Shown here in pieces: positions 1 to 9,790 of a stretch of 64,000 nucleotides of DNA. Source of the stretch: Bdellovibrionales bacterium (GTDB taxonomy: Bacteria > Bdellovibrionota > Bdellovibrionia > Bdellovibrionales > JAGQZY01). The stretch lies in contig CAXRHT010000001.1 in assembly GCA_964230645.1 (NCBI GenBank), positions 64,001 to 128,000 of the forward strand, read 5' to 3'. The notes below the pieces were generated by a model, which did no database searches, had not been told where the DNA came from, and saw only the letters and a list, made by a program, of their open reading frames with translations. The position numbers and the translations under genes were made by a program. How positions within the stretch are numbered: position 1 is the first letter of the stretch; each line of letters starts with the position of its first letter.

Positions 1-288
1 AGGAAAATACTGCTCTCTTTTCTTAAGAAACTCTTCTGGGTTTTTACCAAGAGTCAGTGATTTTTCCGGCTGAGACAGCACCACCTCTATTTTATGATGC
101 ATAAGAGGCTCAAGATTGTCCGTCGATTTTTCGGTCAGCGCCAATATAAATCTTGTGGCCTCAGAGGAAAGGTCTTTCTCGGAAGCTCTTTTTATGGAGC
201 CAGCCGAGGGCGTTGTTCCAGAGTCAAAACAGGCAGAGAGAAAAAGACTCAAAATAAAAATTAGGGCTTGGGATCGACTTCGGCTCAT
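1..288 (-). CDS. Putative lipoprotein, partial (runs off the window start)
   Basis: Not in the ORF track. Manual translation from ATG at 288 (MSRSRSQALIFILSLFLSACFDSG...) is open to base 1, with a signal peptide and LSAC lipobox. Confidence 0.75.
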   Translation of the reverse strand, partial: MSRSRSQALIFILSLFLSACFDSGTTPSAGSIKRASEKDLSSEATRFILALTEKSTDNLEPLMHHKIEVVLSQPEKSLTLGKNPEEFLKKREQYFP

Positions 289-381
289 GGCTTTATCCTT
301 TGTTACTTTTTAAAATCTAGAAGATCCTTGCGGATAAATCAATACTGCCACTCTCACCTTGGGGTGGGATATCATTGGCTC

Positions 382-1374
382 TCACGATCTCAGAGACCAG
401 GCGATTTTCTCTAGGGCCTCAACCTCTTCGGCCCAATAGAGATAATTTTTAAACTCTGGAAAGATCTTTGGAAAAGAGGGATCCGTCCACCGCCGAGCTA
501 TCCATGCGGCATAGTAAATAATGCGAAGACCTCTTAATGGACCCATTAGATCCAAATGACTCTCATCAAAAAGCCTGAGTTCTTCATAGCCCTTTAAAAA
601 TTCATTGAGCTCATCCCGGTTTCCTGACTCGTCACTGGAAAAAAGCATCCAGAAATCCTGCACGGGAAGACCGTTGATGAAATCATCAAAATCCACGAAG
701 AAATATTCGCTCATGCCTTCTTTGGGGTCCGTTTGCAAAATGTTTCCTTTGTGGCAATCACCGTGAATACGAATAAAACTCTGTCCCTCAACTCGCTCTT
801 CTAAATACTCCAAGATCTGACAGGCGGCCTCCTCATAGCGGTCCCACACTTCAGGCACCACCCAATCCTCCAATAGATCAAGGCTATCCCAACCAAAGCT
901 TTCCACATCCAGGCTTGGTCTATGGAGAGCGGGCTTTAAAGCCCCCACATTGTGAAGTTTAGCCAATTGGCGCCCGATCTGGCGCAAATCCTGCGCCTGA
1001 AACTCTTGGGGCATACGGCCTAAAGCTTTTGGAAAAAAACTAAAGATCATGCCCTTTTTCTTTAGAAAACTCTCCCCATCCCGTTTGATGGGAGCCACAG
1101 CGGGAATGCCCTGTTCTTTTAGATCAAAGAGAAACTCGTGTTCTTCTCTAATGGAGTCTTCACTCCAGCGGTGAGGCCGATAGACCTTGGCAATCACATG
1201 GTCTTTTTTGCTCTCTCCTTCTAAAAAGAGGTCGTAGACTCGATTCTCATAGGAGTTGAGCTGAAAGTAGCGCCCCGAGGGGACAAAGCCCCACTCCTCT
1301 GCGGCCTGAAAGACTTGCTCGGTTTTGAGTTCATAAAAATTCTGAGAGTTTTCTCCCTGGGGCTTTACCGACAT
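382..1374 (-). CDS. srkA: Stress response Ser/Thr kinase SrkA/RdoA (YihE, APH fold)
   Basis: LNSYENRVY, KVYRPHRWS, IHGDCHKGNIL, DFDD, QDFWML and AWIARRWTDPSFP motifs. Confidence 0.92.
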   Translation of the reverse strand: MSVKPQGENSQNFYELKTEQVFQAAEEWGFVPSGRYFQLNSYENRVYDLFLEGESKKDHVIAKVYRPHRWSEDSIREEHEFLFDLKEQGIPAVAPIKRDGESFLKKKGMIFSFFPKALGRMPQEFQAQDLRQIGRQLAKLHNVGALKPALHRPSLDVESFGWDSLDLLEDWVVPEVWDRYEEAACQILEYLEERVEGQSFIRIHGDCHKGNILQTDPKEGMSEYFFVDFDDFINGLPVQDFWMLFSSDESGNRDELNEFLKGYEELRLFDESHLDLMGPLRGLRIIYYAAWIARRWTDPSFPKIFPEFKNYLYWAEEVEALEKIAWSLRS

Positions 1375-1637
1375 CGATAGCCCATCCCTCGAATCGCCGA
1401 ACCATAGGCGGTTTCCGCCATCACTCGGACATAGTTAGCTCCTAAAAAAGAGGCTTTGGCACGAAGGTCCGAAAGGGCCTGATCCCGTGCGCCCTCACGT
1501 GTGTCTGCATTCCCGATGACCTGGCCCACTTCATCACATTGGCCAATGGGATAGTTGCGGCTGACCTGAACATTTCCTCCCGGCCGGCTTTGGCACTGAG
1601 AAAGCACTAAAAAGAAAAGTATAAAAAGTCCTCTCAT
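1365..1637 (-). CDS. Small lipoprotein, DUF4156-like
   Basis: Start moved to ATG 1637 (GGAG upstream). Signal ends LSQC; C-x-x-(L/V)G, LRAKASFLGANYV and terminal YRC pattern. Confidence 0.65.
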   Translation of the reverse strand: MRGLFILFFLVLSQCQSRPGGNVQVSRNYPIGQCDEVGQVIGNADTREGARDQALSDLRAKASFLGANYVRVMAETAYGSAIRGMGYRCR

Positions 1638-1684
1638 GGTCCACTCCCTTGACAACCCGTTGAGGTTACAGCACAAAATGGCCT

Positions 1685-2413
1685 ATGGATAGCCTGTTTT
1701 CTGTTGAAGCGCTCTCAGCTCTGGCCACCCTCTCGTTGATGGAAATAGTGCTTGGGATTGATAACATCATTTTTATTGCCATTCTCACCGGACGCCTCCC
1801 TAAAGAGCGTCAGCCCTTTGCTCAAAAAATGGGAATCAGTCTGGCTCTTATCACCCGCATTCTTCTTTTGTTTTGTCTTTCCTGGTTAATGGGTCTTACA
1901 AAACCCCTCTTTGAAATATTAGATCATGGTTTTTCTTTACGAGACTTGATCCTTATTGTAGGAGGACTCTTTCTGGTCGCTAAAGCCACTTTTGAGATCC
2001 ACCATAAAATCGAAGGCGAGGACGCTGGACCGGAAAACAGTCCAACAAAAAAAGCCGCACTTGGAATAATCCTTTTACAAATTATGATGCTTGATATCGT
2101 CTTTTCCCTCGACTCGGTGATCACAGCCATCGGTATGGTGAAAGAAATTTCGATAATGGTGATCGCTATGATTATTGCCATGGCGGTGATGCTGTTTTCA
2201 GCCAAATTTATCAGCGATTTTGTGGCCAAACATCCCACCGTAAAAATTCTCGCCCTCTCGTTTTTAATCCTTATTGGCGTGGTACTTATTGTTGAAGGCA
2301 TGGGTGGCCATGTCGGCAAAGGCTATATTTACTTTGCTATGTTCTTTTCATTAAGTGTCGAGTTAGTGAATATGCGCTACCGTACAAAACAACTAAAGAT
2401 CACCCCAGAATGA
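1685..2413 (+). CDS. TerC family integral membrane protein
   Basis: MEIVLGIDNIIFI, DIVFSLDSVITA and KGYIYFAMFFS motifs. Confidence 0.93.
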   Translation: MDSLFSVEALSALATLSLMEIVLGIDNIIFIAILTGRLPKERQPFAQKMGISLALITRILLLFCLSWLMGLTKPLFEILDHGFSLRDLILIVGGLFLVAKATFEIHHKIEGEDAGPENSPTKKAALGIILLQIMMLDIVFSLDSVITAIGMVKEISIMVIAMIIAMAVMLFSAKFISDFVAKHPTVKILALSFLILIGVVLIVEGMGGHVGKGYIYFAMFFSLSVELVNMRYRTKQLKITPE

Positions 2414-3408
2414 GTATGATTGATATTAAAGAAGCCATTGGAAAACTCAACAATGAAGAGGTTGTGGCCCTTCCCACAGAAACGGTGTATGGTTTGGCCG
2501 CTAGATCGGATTCCGAAAAAGCTTTAGGGAAGATTTTTTCTACCAAAAAAAGACCCTTTTTTGATCCCCTGATTCTCCACGTAAAAAATCTTGATCAAGC
2601 AGAACAATACGGCCATTTTGATTCTATTAGCCGAAGCCTTGCTAAGCAGTTTTGGCCCGGCGCTTTGACCTTAGTGCTCAAAAAAACCGAAAGAGTCTCT
2701 TCCTTGGTCAATAATGGCGGAAAAACAGTGGCACTGCGCTCACCTCAACACCCCTTGTTTCTTGAAGTATTGAGAGCCACGGAGGTGCCGTTGGCCGCTC
2801 CCAGTGCCAACCTTTTTGGAAAGACTTCTCCGACAAGGGCCGAGCATGTCGTAAAGGAATTTAACTCTCTTGTGCCCGTCCTTGATGGTGGTCCTTGTGA
2901 ACGAGGTATCGAATCAACGGTGATTGAAGTAAGATCAGAGCAAAAAGAGATTCATATTTTACGCGCAGGCCTAATCACTGAAGTGGAAATGGGGAAATTC
3001 TTAAAGGAAAATAATATTGAAGTGAATTTTTCTTACCCCACTAAAGACAATGCGCCTGGTTTTTTAAAAAACCACTATCAGCCCTCAGCTCCTTTTTTAC
3101 TGGTGTTAAAAGAAAGCAAGGCGTCCTCACTAAAGAATCTCCAACAGATGTTACCCTCTCCTTTTTCCCTAGATAGTACAGAAATGTCTTTACCCGATGA
3201 TCCCCTTCTTGCAGCCCGAAAACTCTACTCAGAACTTCGCTCTTTTTCCGAGGCGGGAAAAGCCTTTCACCTGATTGCCGACCCCTTATGGAATACCGAG
3301 GCTCATTGGCGAGGTCTTTTGGATCGCTTGAAAAAGGCCTCCCACCTTCTTGCTAGCGAGAAAAACGGAGTATGGACTCTGGAAGAAAAAGGCTCAGAAG
3401 AAAAATAG
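2410..3408 (+). CDS. sua5: L-threonylcarbamoyladenylate synthase (Sua5/TsaC)
   Basis: PTETVYGL, KxRP..DPLILH, FWPGALT, AAPSANLFG, GIESTV and APG..KNHY motifs. Confidence 0.93.
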   Translation: MSMIDIKEAIGKLNNEEVVALPTETVYGLAARSDSEKALGKIFSTKKRPFFDPLILHVKNLDQAEQYGHFDSISRSLAKQFWPGALTLVLKKTERVSSLVNNGGKTVALRSPQHPLFLEVLRATEVPLAAPSANLFGKTSPTRAEHVVKEFNSLVPVLDGGPCERGIESTVIEVRSEQKEIHILRAGLITEVEMGKFLKENNIEVNFSYPTKDNAPGFLKNHYQPSAPFLLVLKESKASSLKNLQQMLPSPFSLDSTEMSLPDDPLLAARKLYSELRSFSEAGKAFHLIADPLWNTEAHWRGLLDRLKKASHLLASEKNGVWTLEEKGSEEK

Positions 3409-3465
3409 AGGAAAATTCCGCGCTTAGCGCTGCGCGCAATCAGTTTCCGTAGACAAGGCACACAA

Positions 3466-4302
3466 GTGCTTTTTAAAACTGTGGTAATGGACGTTCAAGC
3501 TCTCGAAAAATTTAAGCCGAAATTTCTCTTTTCTATCGAAACAGAAAATTTCATTATTAAAACCGCCCAAAGTGTAGAGGACCTTAAACTGGCCCTTAAA
3601 TTAAGGCACCAAGTGTTTTTCGAGGAGACTTTAAATCGAAGCCATGAAAGTGGCCTTGAATTTGATAGCTATGACCAAAAAGCCGATCACCTTCTCATTA
3701 TCGAAAAGTCTCAGGGGTTTGCTCTTGGAACCTATCGTCTGATTCACTCGGATTACTCTGATATTTTTTATTCCCAAGGGGAATTTAATATGGACGAGTT
3801 TATTAATCTTGAGGGAGCAAAACTTGAACTAGGAAGAGCTTGCACTCATAAAGATTATCGCACGGGTCGAACCATGGACCTTTTGTGGCAAGGACTTTCG
3901 CGCTACATTCGCGACACGAAAACAATGTATCTTTTCGGCTGTTCGAGCTTAAAAACCATGGACCCTATGGAAGTCTTTAGTGTGATCAAGTCTCTGCAAT
4001 CCAAAGAGGCTCATAGTTTTGAACTTAATATTGAACCAACTCCAGATTATCAATTTAAAGATCCCGACCGCTTTCTTGAAAAAGCGCAAGCCGATCCCAA
4101 AATTCTACGGACACTACCCCCGCTCTTACGCTCGTATCTGCATGCCGGTTCCCAAGTCTACGGCTATCCCGCACTGGATGAAGATTTCGCCTGCAGTGAT
4201 CTTTTCACGATTCTTGATTTACTAAAATTAAACAAGAAGTTTGCCGAGCGCTATAAGCCGGTTCACCCGAGTCTCTTAGCCGCCAAAGAATCAAAAGAAT
4301 AA
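3466..4302 (+). CDS. GNAT family N-acyltransferase, OlsB (ornithine lipid synthase)-like
   Basis: LRHQVF, GTYRL, LELGRAC, LLWQGL, YLFGCSS, LPPLLRSYL and PALDEDF motifs. Start may be ATG 3487. Confidence 0.8.
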   Translation: MLFKTVVMDVQALEKFKPKFLFSIETENFIIKTAQSVEDLKLALKLRHQVFFEETLNRSHESGLEFDSYDQKADHLLIIEKSQGFALGTYRLIHSDYSDIFYSQGEFNMDEFINLEGAKLELGRACTHKDYRTGRTMDLLWQGLSRYIRDTKTMYLFGCSSLKTMDPMEVFSVIKSLQSKEAHSFELNIEPTPDYQFKDPDRFLEKAQADPKILRTLPPLLRSYLHAGSQVYGYPALDEDFACSDLFTILDLLKLNKKFAERYKPVHPSLLAAKESKE

Positions 4303-4307
4303 TTTTT

Positions 4308-5858
4308 TTACTGTGCGATCTCTTCGTTAAGTTCTGGTGAGGCCAAACCTCGGGGGCCTCGACAAATGCCCTCTTCATCGATTGTAGCTCCCGCCCCCAT
4401 CGAGCCACAGCAGATGGCCGCCTTATTAATCACAGGATTCAAAGCTCTTAATAGACCCATTTGATTGGCGATATGGCGATGCCCTGTGCACACGTTCGTG
4501 TCTCGAATCTGCCCTCGCAGGGTCTCATAATCAAGGTCCGCAGCACAGGCCACGTTTCGGATACGTTGAATGCATTGGTTTTCTAAATTTTCACGACTGT
4601 CATTACTTCCGAATCGATGGGGAATCACCTGTTCCTGCAAGGACCAAAGCTCGGTACATTCCTGAGCACTTCTTGAAACACAACTTTGATCACTGGAGGG
4701 ATTCACCCACAGCAGAGTTTGATTGGACGTTGGAGTGAAGCGATCGCCCCCACACACTCTTCCAGCACTCCCCTGGCCCAACAAGTGAACGCGGTCGATA
4801 CGAGGTTCCCGGCCCCACATTCGACCTGTCACTGTGATGTGGTTGCCAAGCAACTCCTCAAAACGTGAGCCTTCAAGACTTAACCTCATTTTTCGCCCTC
4901 GTTGGCACGAGGCTATCTGTACAGGGCGTGGACGAGTCATACGCGCATGGACATCGAGAATGTTCTGGCACAATAAAGGGTCTTCTCCACCGAGAATATC
5001 GACTTGTCTACCAGGAGAGACGTCATTTACAAAGCGTCTGAGTCCGGAATGATAATGCAAAGCTGGAAAACACTCACCAATCGGTCTTCGGTCGGCCGTA
5101 AAAAACTGCTCTCTTTGTACGTAACCAACATTAGAGGTGTTCTCTCTATCCGTGGTGGAGCGCATATGATTGTCACAGTTGCCAATATAAACAGCCTCAC
5201 TGGGTGTTCTCAAGGCCTCCACCGCGATTAGGCCAGCCACAAGACCGAACCCACCAGCCAAACTTCCGACTCCTGTGGTGAGACTCGAAAAACGCCCCAC
5301 AAAGTCTCCCAGTTTTTTGGCTCTGATTTTTGCGCGCATGGCCTCTGTTCTTTGTTGCAGAACCGCTGCCACATTGGTCCGGGCCAACTGAAAAGCCCCT
5401 GCGGCCACAAGAGCTCTAGCGCCTGCCTCGGCTGTTTGAGCGGCTCCGCCGAAGGTGGCTCGGGTGGCAGTATCGGAGACGATCTCGCGCGTTTTTCTTA
5501 AGCCACTGGCAATCGCTGATTCTTGCTGATCCTCTGTGAGTTCAGGGATGGCGGCCTCTTCGTCCGCCAAAATAGCATCAGGATTGGCAAGTCCCTCTTC
5601 CGCTAGGGCGACTTGGATTTCTTCGGGTGTTGGTAAGTAGGACATGAAATCTTGTCCCACCTGACAGTTGCGAATACTTTGAGAACAGGCCACCTCTAAG
5701 AATATCTCTGATAATTTATCAAAAATTTCTGGCTTGATCTGAAGAGCCCCACCCACCCTCTCCATACAAGCATTGGGCTCAGGAACTGTTTCTGTCACTT
5801 GGCCTAGAGAAATTGATGGGAAGAAAAATAGGAGAAATAAAAGCCTAATCATGTTCAT
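4308..5858 (-). CDS. Hypothetical secreted Cys-rich protein with a central glycine-rich hydrophobic helix
   Basis: Long ORF. Start at 5858 overlaps the upstream stop (TGATG); signal peptide MNMIRLLFLLFFFPSISLG. Confidence 0.75.
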   Translation of the reverse strand: MNMIRLLFLLFFFPSISLGQVTETVPEPNACMERVGGALQIKPEIFDKLSEIFLEVACSQSIRNCQVGQDFMSYLPTPEEIQVALAEEGLANPDAILADEEAAIPELTEDQQESAIASGLRKTREIVSDTATRATFGGAAQTAEAGARALVAAGAFQLARTNVAAVLQQRTEAMRAKIRAKKLGDFVGRFSSLTTGVGSLAGGFGLVAGLIAVEALRTPSEAVYIGNCDNHMRSTTDRENTSNVGYVQREQFFTADRRPIGECFPALHYHSGLRRFVNDVSPGRQVDILGGEDPLLCQNILDVHARMTRPRPVQIASCQRGRKMRLSLEGSRFEELLGNHITVTGRMWGREPRIDRVHLLGQGSAGRVCGGDRFTPTSNQTLLWVNPSSDQSCVSRSAQECTELWSLQEQVIPHRFGSNDSRENLENQCIQRIRNVACAADLDYETLRGQIRDTNVCTGHRHIANQMGLLRALNPVINKAAICCGSMGAGATIDEEGICRGPRGLASPELNEEIAQ

Positions 5859-6148
5859 CACTGTCGGCGGCGATTGAGCCGCGCTCTTGTACAATCGGTT
5901 AATCTCTTTGCCAGAGGAGTTCTTTCAGAATTGTTTCTTTTTACTCGCTGCCAACACTGTTCAAGGATGGGTGCTATTTCCCGGCGACATTGGCTTTGAT
6001 TGTCGAAAAAGTGGAGCATGCCATCGTTGGGAGCTTGGCACCATAGGATGGCTATAGCTTGCCTTTGACGCTCCTCATGGGAAGTCGTCTCGGCCCTAGA
6101 TTCTTGGGAAAGGCCCACTGTGAAAATGAAAAGAAATAGTAAAGACAC
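5858..6148 (-). CDS. Hypothetical small secreted protein
   Basis: Signal peptide (ending ESRA) and 4 Cys; translationally coupled to the downstream gene. Confidence 0.6.
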   Translation of the reverse strand: MSLLFLFIFTVGLSQESRAETTSHEERQRQAIAILWCQAPNDGMLHFFDNQSQCRREIAPILEQCWQRVKRNNSERTPLAKRLTDCTRARLNRRRQ

Positions 6149-6326
6149 CTAAGCCCACCCCGTGTATCCCCCCTATTTTAGCAGTGAAAAAAAATCGCAC
6201 AATGGAATTCAATTTTATAAGGCCATAACGTCTTAAAATTAGACAGGGATTTTCTTTTTTTCAGGCACTCTAGATAATTAGGCCTGCTTCCCTCATGATG
6301 GTGTGTCGAGATCAAGAGAGGATATT

Positions 6327-7109
6327 GTGACAAAAAAACTGGTATTACTTTTAGCCGTTTTCTCATGCAGCGCTATGAGTTTAGCCAATTCCAACCTGAC
6401 AAAAGAGGGGCTTCTTGCAGGCCGTGAGGAGCGCTTGCTCGAAGTTATAGATCTATTGCTGACCCTTGATGAGCGTCACTTTAGAAGCCGCTGGCCCATC
6501 AGCGATGACCAGGAACCCAATCCCAACTACAGCGGTGGCTTTGAAACCACCCGAGAGAGATTCATCGATAATAAAGACCGCTTTGATTTGGAGCACTCCT
6601 ATTTGAGCGAAGCCTTAAACGATAGTTTCTATTTTAGTGCTGCCTTCATTGATTACTTAGAGGAACTCGAAAGTCTCGATCTTAGAGGCTTACGTCAAGA
6701 AAGACGCAAAGAGCGTTGGTCTCGATTCCGACACTGCAACCAAGGCCGCTTGCGTCTGAGCGCGCAATCCACCATAGATGCCATCCCTCTTCTATCGGGT
6801 CTGCAGGCTGAACTCTTAGATAAGTTAAAAGACCGTAACTCTCACTCTCCGGCTTCTGGTTTTTCGGGAATTCTTGGCGGTATAATTGGTTCGGCCCTGG
6901 AGTCAGCCCGCCATTGGCAAAAAATTGATGGCAGCTACGCTGATCGACTTCTTGAGTACACGCAACAAGGTGTGGAAGATGAGTATGACGGTGGTCTCTG
7001 GGCTGTTACTCGTATCGTTTGGAGTGAATCTTTTGGGGTGAACTCCCCTTGTTTTATCGCACGCCGAAAACTAGAAGCCCTTGAGGTTGAGTTTTCTAAG
7101 CGAGAGTAG
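6327..7109 (+). CDS. Hypothetical secreted protein
   Basis: GTG start at 6327 after GAGAGG; signal peptide KKLVLLLAVFSCSAMSLA. Confidence 0.7.
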   Translation: MTKKLVLLLAVFSCSAMSLANSNLTKEGLLAGREERLLEVIDLLLTLDERHFRSRWPISDDQEPNPNYSGGFETTRERFIDNKDRFDLEHSYLSEALNDSFYFSAAFIDYLEELESLDLRGLRQERRKERWSRFRHCNQGRLRLSAQSTIDAIPLLSGLQAELLDKLKDRNSHSPASGFSGILGGIIGSALESARHWQKIDGSYADRLLEYTQQGVEDEYDGGLWAVTRIVWSESFGVNSPCFIARRKLEALEVEFSKRE

Positions 7110-7640
7110 TCAGTGCTTGCTGACCTTAAAGTTTTTAAGGGAGGCAAAACCAGGATGTCCCGTTTTCTCTACAGGCTTTTTAACGTAGGGTGCTTTGTAC
7201 TGACGAGACTCACAAAGACCTGTGTCTTCACACTGGGGGTAGGGTTTTATTCCAGCCGCCATCATTTCATGAAGAAACTCTCTCAGGTTTAAGGTGTGAT
7301 CATTGATATAGGTTACAGCCGGCCCTGAATCTTTAAACTCCTGCTGGCTTTGAGAGACCTGCGTGTTACGAGGTCTTTGTTTTTCAACCACCACAATTTC
7401 ATTGATTCTATTTTTAAGGGGAACATCGATATCGTGTCCACACTGCGAGCATAGCTCCGGATAGTGAGACTCGACGGTCCCGTGGATTTGATAGGTATTT
7501 CCGAGCGGCTTAATCTCTATATCGGCTTTAAAATCATTACTGCCAATAAGATCCCCAAAAGCCCCTTCCATTTCCTCACTGGATTGAGTGAATTGGAACT
7601 GCTCGCCTTCTTCTTCAATGGATTTTAAATCAACTAACAT
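7110..7640 (-). CDS. yceD: YceD/DUF177 family protein (large ribosomal subunit accumulation)
   Basis: CxxC (CSQC), LNLREFLHE, PQC...C and C-terminal HPGFASLK motifs. Confidence 0.8.
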   Translation of the reverse strand: MLVDLKSIEEEGEQFQFTQSSEEMEGAFGDLIGSNDFKADIEIKPLGNTYQIHGTVESHYPELCSQCGHDIDVPLKNRINEIVVVEKQRPRNTQVSQSQQEFKDSGPAVTYINDHTLNLREFLHEMMAAGIKPYPQCEDTGLCESRQYKAPYVKKPVEKTGHPGFASLKNFKVSKH

Positions 7641-7695
7641 AAGGATCAGGTTTAAAAGATTTGGCTTGATGTGTCAATTATTCTGGAAAAATAAG

Positions 7696-7724
7696 AGGCG
7701 GCAAAGGTTTTAACCCTGCCGCCT
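7696..7724 (-). terminator. Rho-independent terminator after the small peptide ORF
   Basis: Minus-strand AGGCGGCAGGGTTAAAACCTTTGCCGCCT stem followed by CTTATTTTT. Confidence 0.75.
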
Positions 7725-7744
7725 TGAAAAATTAACTTTGAAAG

Positions 7745-7798
7745 TTAATTGGCTCCTCCGTAATAGAGGGCGCCTAAGTTAAGTTTCTCACATGACAT
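7745..7798 (-). CDS. Unannotated 17-aa peptide MSCEKLNLGALYYGGAN
   Basis: AGAAAGGAGGTG Shine-Dalgarno (7805-7816) 6 nt before the ATG; its own terminator follows. Confidence 0.55.
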   Translation of the reverse strand: MSCEKLNLGALYYGGAN

Positions 7799-8094
7799 TG
7801 GCACCACCTCCTTTCTGACTTTAGAAAGTCATCCACAGGATAAGGGAAAGGGGCCTTCGAGGTAAGACATTTTTTTTTATGCCGCCTATCATGTCTCGTT
7901 ATAAGATCAAAAGCATCTTCAAACACAAGTCATAAACCCCTAAAAGGACGAAGCTTTTACACCTATGGTTCAATGGTTAAATAAGAGTTCTTCACCTTAT
8001 TGAGAGAGTCGAAGAGTAAAAGAGGGCAAAAGTCGGTTGAAATTTCAGCGGGGAAAGATTGATCCTTAACTTGCAGCTCAGTCAATACCTTTGA

Positions 8095-8121
8095 GGCAAC
8101 GGTTCAAAATCAACCGTTGCC
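8095..8121 (-). terminator. Hairpin terminator after 8134..8622
   Basis: GGCAACGGTT-caaaatc-AACCGTTGCC perfect 10-bp stem. Confidence 0.6.
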
Positions 8122-8133
8122 GGGTTGAGAATT

Positions 8134-8622
8134 TTAACGACTTAAGCAGACTCCCTGATCTAACGAAGGATAATGCGTCACGGGACAATCTCCATTCCAA
8201 GTTCTGCAACCGTTCGACTCGAATTCTTCAATACCGCGCTCCATTTCATTCACCAATTCAGGGTTTTTCTGAATTGTTTTTTCAATACTACGCTCATAAA
8301 TATTAGCATCGTTTGTGATTACATAGTTTCGCAAAGTCAGGCGTCTACGAACTCTTTCGAAAAGATTCGGATTATTATCTTCTCCATCGGATTCGTTTCC
8401 TACATATTCAGTTCGACGTATTGAATTGAAGAGGCTATTAAACTCCTCATCAACAGCGGCATAAAATTGCCTCTGCTGAACATTGACCTGGCTAGCAAGG
8501 TCTTCACAATAAACTTGATAATCCATGGATTCTCGTTGCTCATTCGATAATGAGTTATCAGTGGTTTCTGCTCCCACATTTTGGAAGAAAAATAGGGTAA
8601 AAATGATAAAGATAGCTTTCAT
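8134..8622 (-). CDS. Hypothetical secreted protein
   Basis: Signal peptide MKAIFIIFTLFFFQNVGA; AAGGA RBS. Confidence 0.75.
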   Translation of the reverse strand: MKAIFIIFTLFFFQNVGAETTDNSLSNEQRESMDYQVYCEDLASQVNVQQRQFYAAVDEEFNSLFNSIRRTEYVGNESDGEDNNPNLFERVRRRLTLRNYVITNDANIYERSIEKTIQKNPELVNEMERGIEEFESNGCRTWNGDCPVTHYPSLDQGVCLSR

Positions 8623-8664
8623 GGCTTTGTCCTTTGCGTGTTAAAGTGTTGTGACTGTAAGCCT

Positions 8665-8680
8665 TGCAAACGAGAGGCCA
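8665..8680 (-). promoter_or_regulatory. Candidate sigma54 promoter
   Basis: TGGCCTCTCGTTTGCA: GG-N10-GC about 45 nt upstream of the start at 8622. Confidence 0.55.
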
Positions 8681-8856
8681 TCATTCTTTTCTTCAAAGAT
8701 ATGAAATATCATTCATTATTTCAAACACTTGGGGGCTCTCAAAAGTTAACAAAAATTATTGAAAAAAAAGAAGTGCCTAAACTTTAAACAGTTGTATGTT
8801 AGGAATTAAGTCACGATAACCTACGAGGATTATCGTACACATTGAGTTTTTAAGAC

Positions 8857-9546
8857 TTACTTCAGCCAATCCATCGTTTTTATTTTGTAATCACTATCCA
8901 ATTCACACACCAGGGGCACACCGGTGGCAAATTCAAACTGGGTGATTTTGTCCTCATCCATATTTGTTAGCAGCTTCACTAGAGCTCTGAGACTATTACC
9001 GTGAGCAGAGATCAAAAAGTCTCCTCCTTTTTTTAAATCAGGAAGAATGTTGTTTTGCCAATAAGGCTCCACTCTTTCAAGACAGTGCTTAAGGGCTTCG
9101 CCTTTTGGAAAGTCATTTTTGGGAATTTCTTTATAGCGTCGATCTTTTAGTTGCTCTTCTTGGTAAGGTCCCTCACCTTCCGGAGGAGGTGTCGCGTAGC
9201 TTCTGCGCCACTGGAACACTTGGTCGTCTCCATACTTATCACGAGTCTCTTGTTTATTAAGCCCTTGCAAGCCACCGTAGTGTCTTTCGTTCAAACGCCA
9301 GTGTTTATCCACAGGAATCCAAGTTTGTTCACTCTCCTCTAGGATGACCCACAAGGTTCGAATCGCTCGTTGTAAGTAAGAGGTGTAGGCTTTTTCAAAT
9401 TCAAAACCGGAGTCTTTGATAAGCTCTCCCGCTTTTTTAGCTTCTTCTAAACCTTTTTGTGTTAAGGGAGCATCCACCCATCCTGTGAATTTGTTTTCAA
9501 GATTCCACTGACTTTGACCATGACGAACAAGTACAAGTTTTTGCAT
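8857..9546 (-). CDS. gpmA: 2,3-bisphosphoglycerate-dependent phosphoglycerate mutase
   Basis: LVRHGQSQWN, LNERHYGGLQG, WRRSY and AHGNSLRAL motifs. Confidence 0.97.
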   Translation of the reverse strand: MQKLVLVRHGQSQWNLENKFTGWVDAPLTQKGLEEAKKAGELIKDSGFEFEKAYTSYLQRAIRTLWVILEESEQTWIPVDKHWRLNERHYGGLQGLNKQETRDKYGDDQVFQWRRSYATPPPEGEGPYQEEQLKDRRYKEIPKNDFPKGEALKHCLERVEPYWQNNILPDLKKGGDFLISAHGNSLRALVKLLTNMDEDKITQFEFATGVPLVCELDSDYKIKTMDWLK

Positions 9547-9724
9547 TTCAACTTTCCTTTTCTAACAACTGTATTAAAAATTCCTTTAACTCACAGACTG
9601 AGAAGAAAAACATTTCCAAAAAAGAACTGTGATGTTTTTTATTTTTAAAAGATTAATTACCTGGAAAAAGAAAAGAACTCAAAAGAAGAATTTTTATGGA
9701 GAAAATTTAAAGGAGGGCAAAAAA

Positions 9725-9790
9725 ATAAAAAAGGCGATGATGCAGCTTCCTGCTACAGAACCTCATCCTAAAGCCCATCGCCCGTCCCAT
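9725..9790 (-). ncRNA. Candidate small RNA or gpmA leader with GGA motifs and intrinsic terminator
   Basis: GC-rich island in an AT-rich intergenic region. GGCGATG/CATCGCC closing stem, inner TGTAGC-AGGAA-GCTGCA hairpin and U-tract; TTGTGT-17-TACTCT upstream. Confidence 0.4.

Noticed and set aside
9733..9790. Fluoride riboswitch or SRP RNA
   Set aside because: GGCGATG start is present but the pseudoknot partner (GCTRATGAC) is missing; the SRP domain IV motif (CAGG...GGAAGCAG) is not matched.
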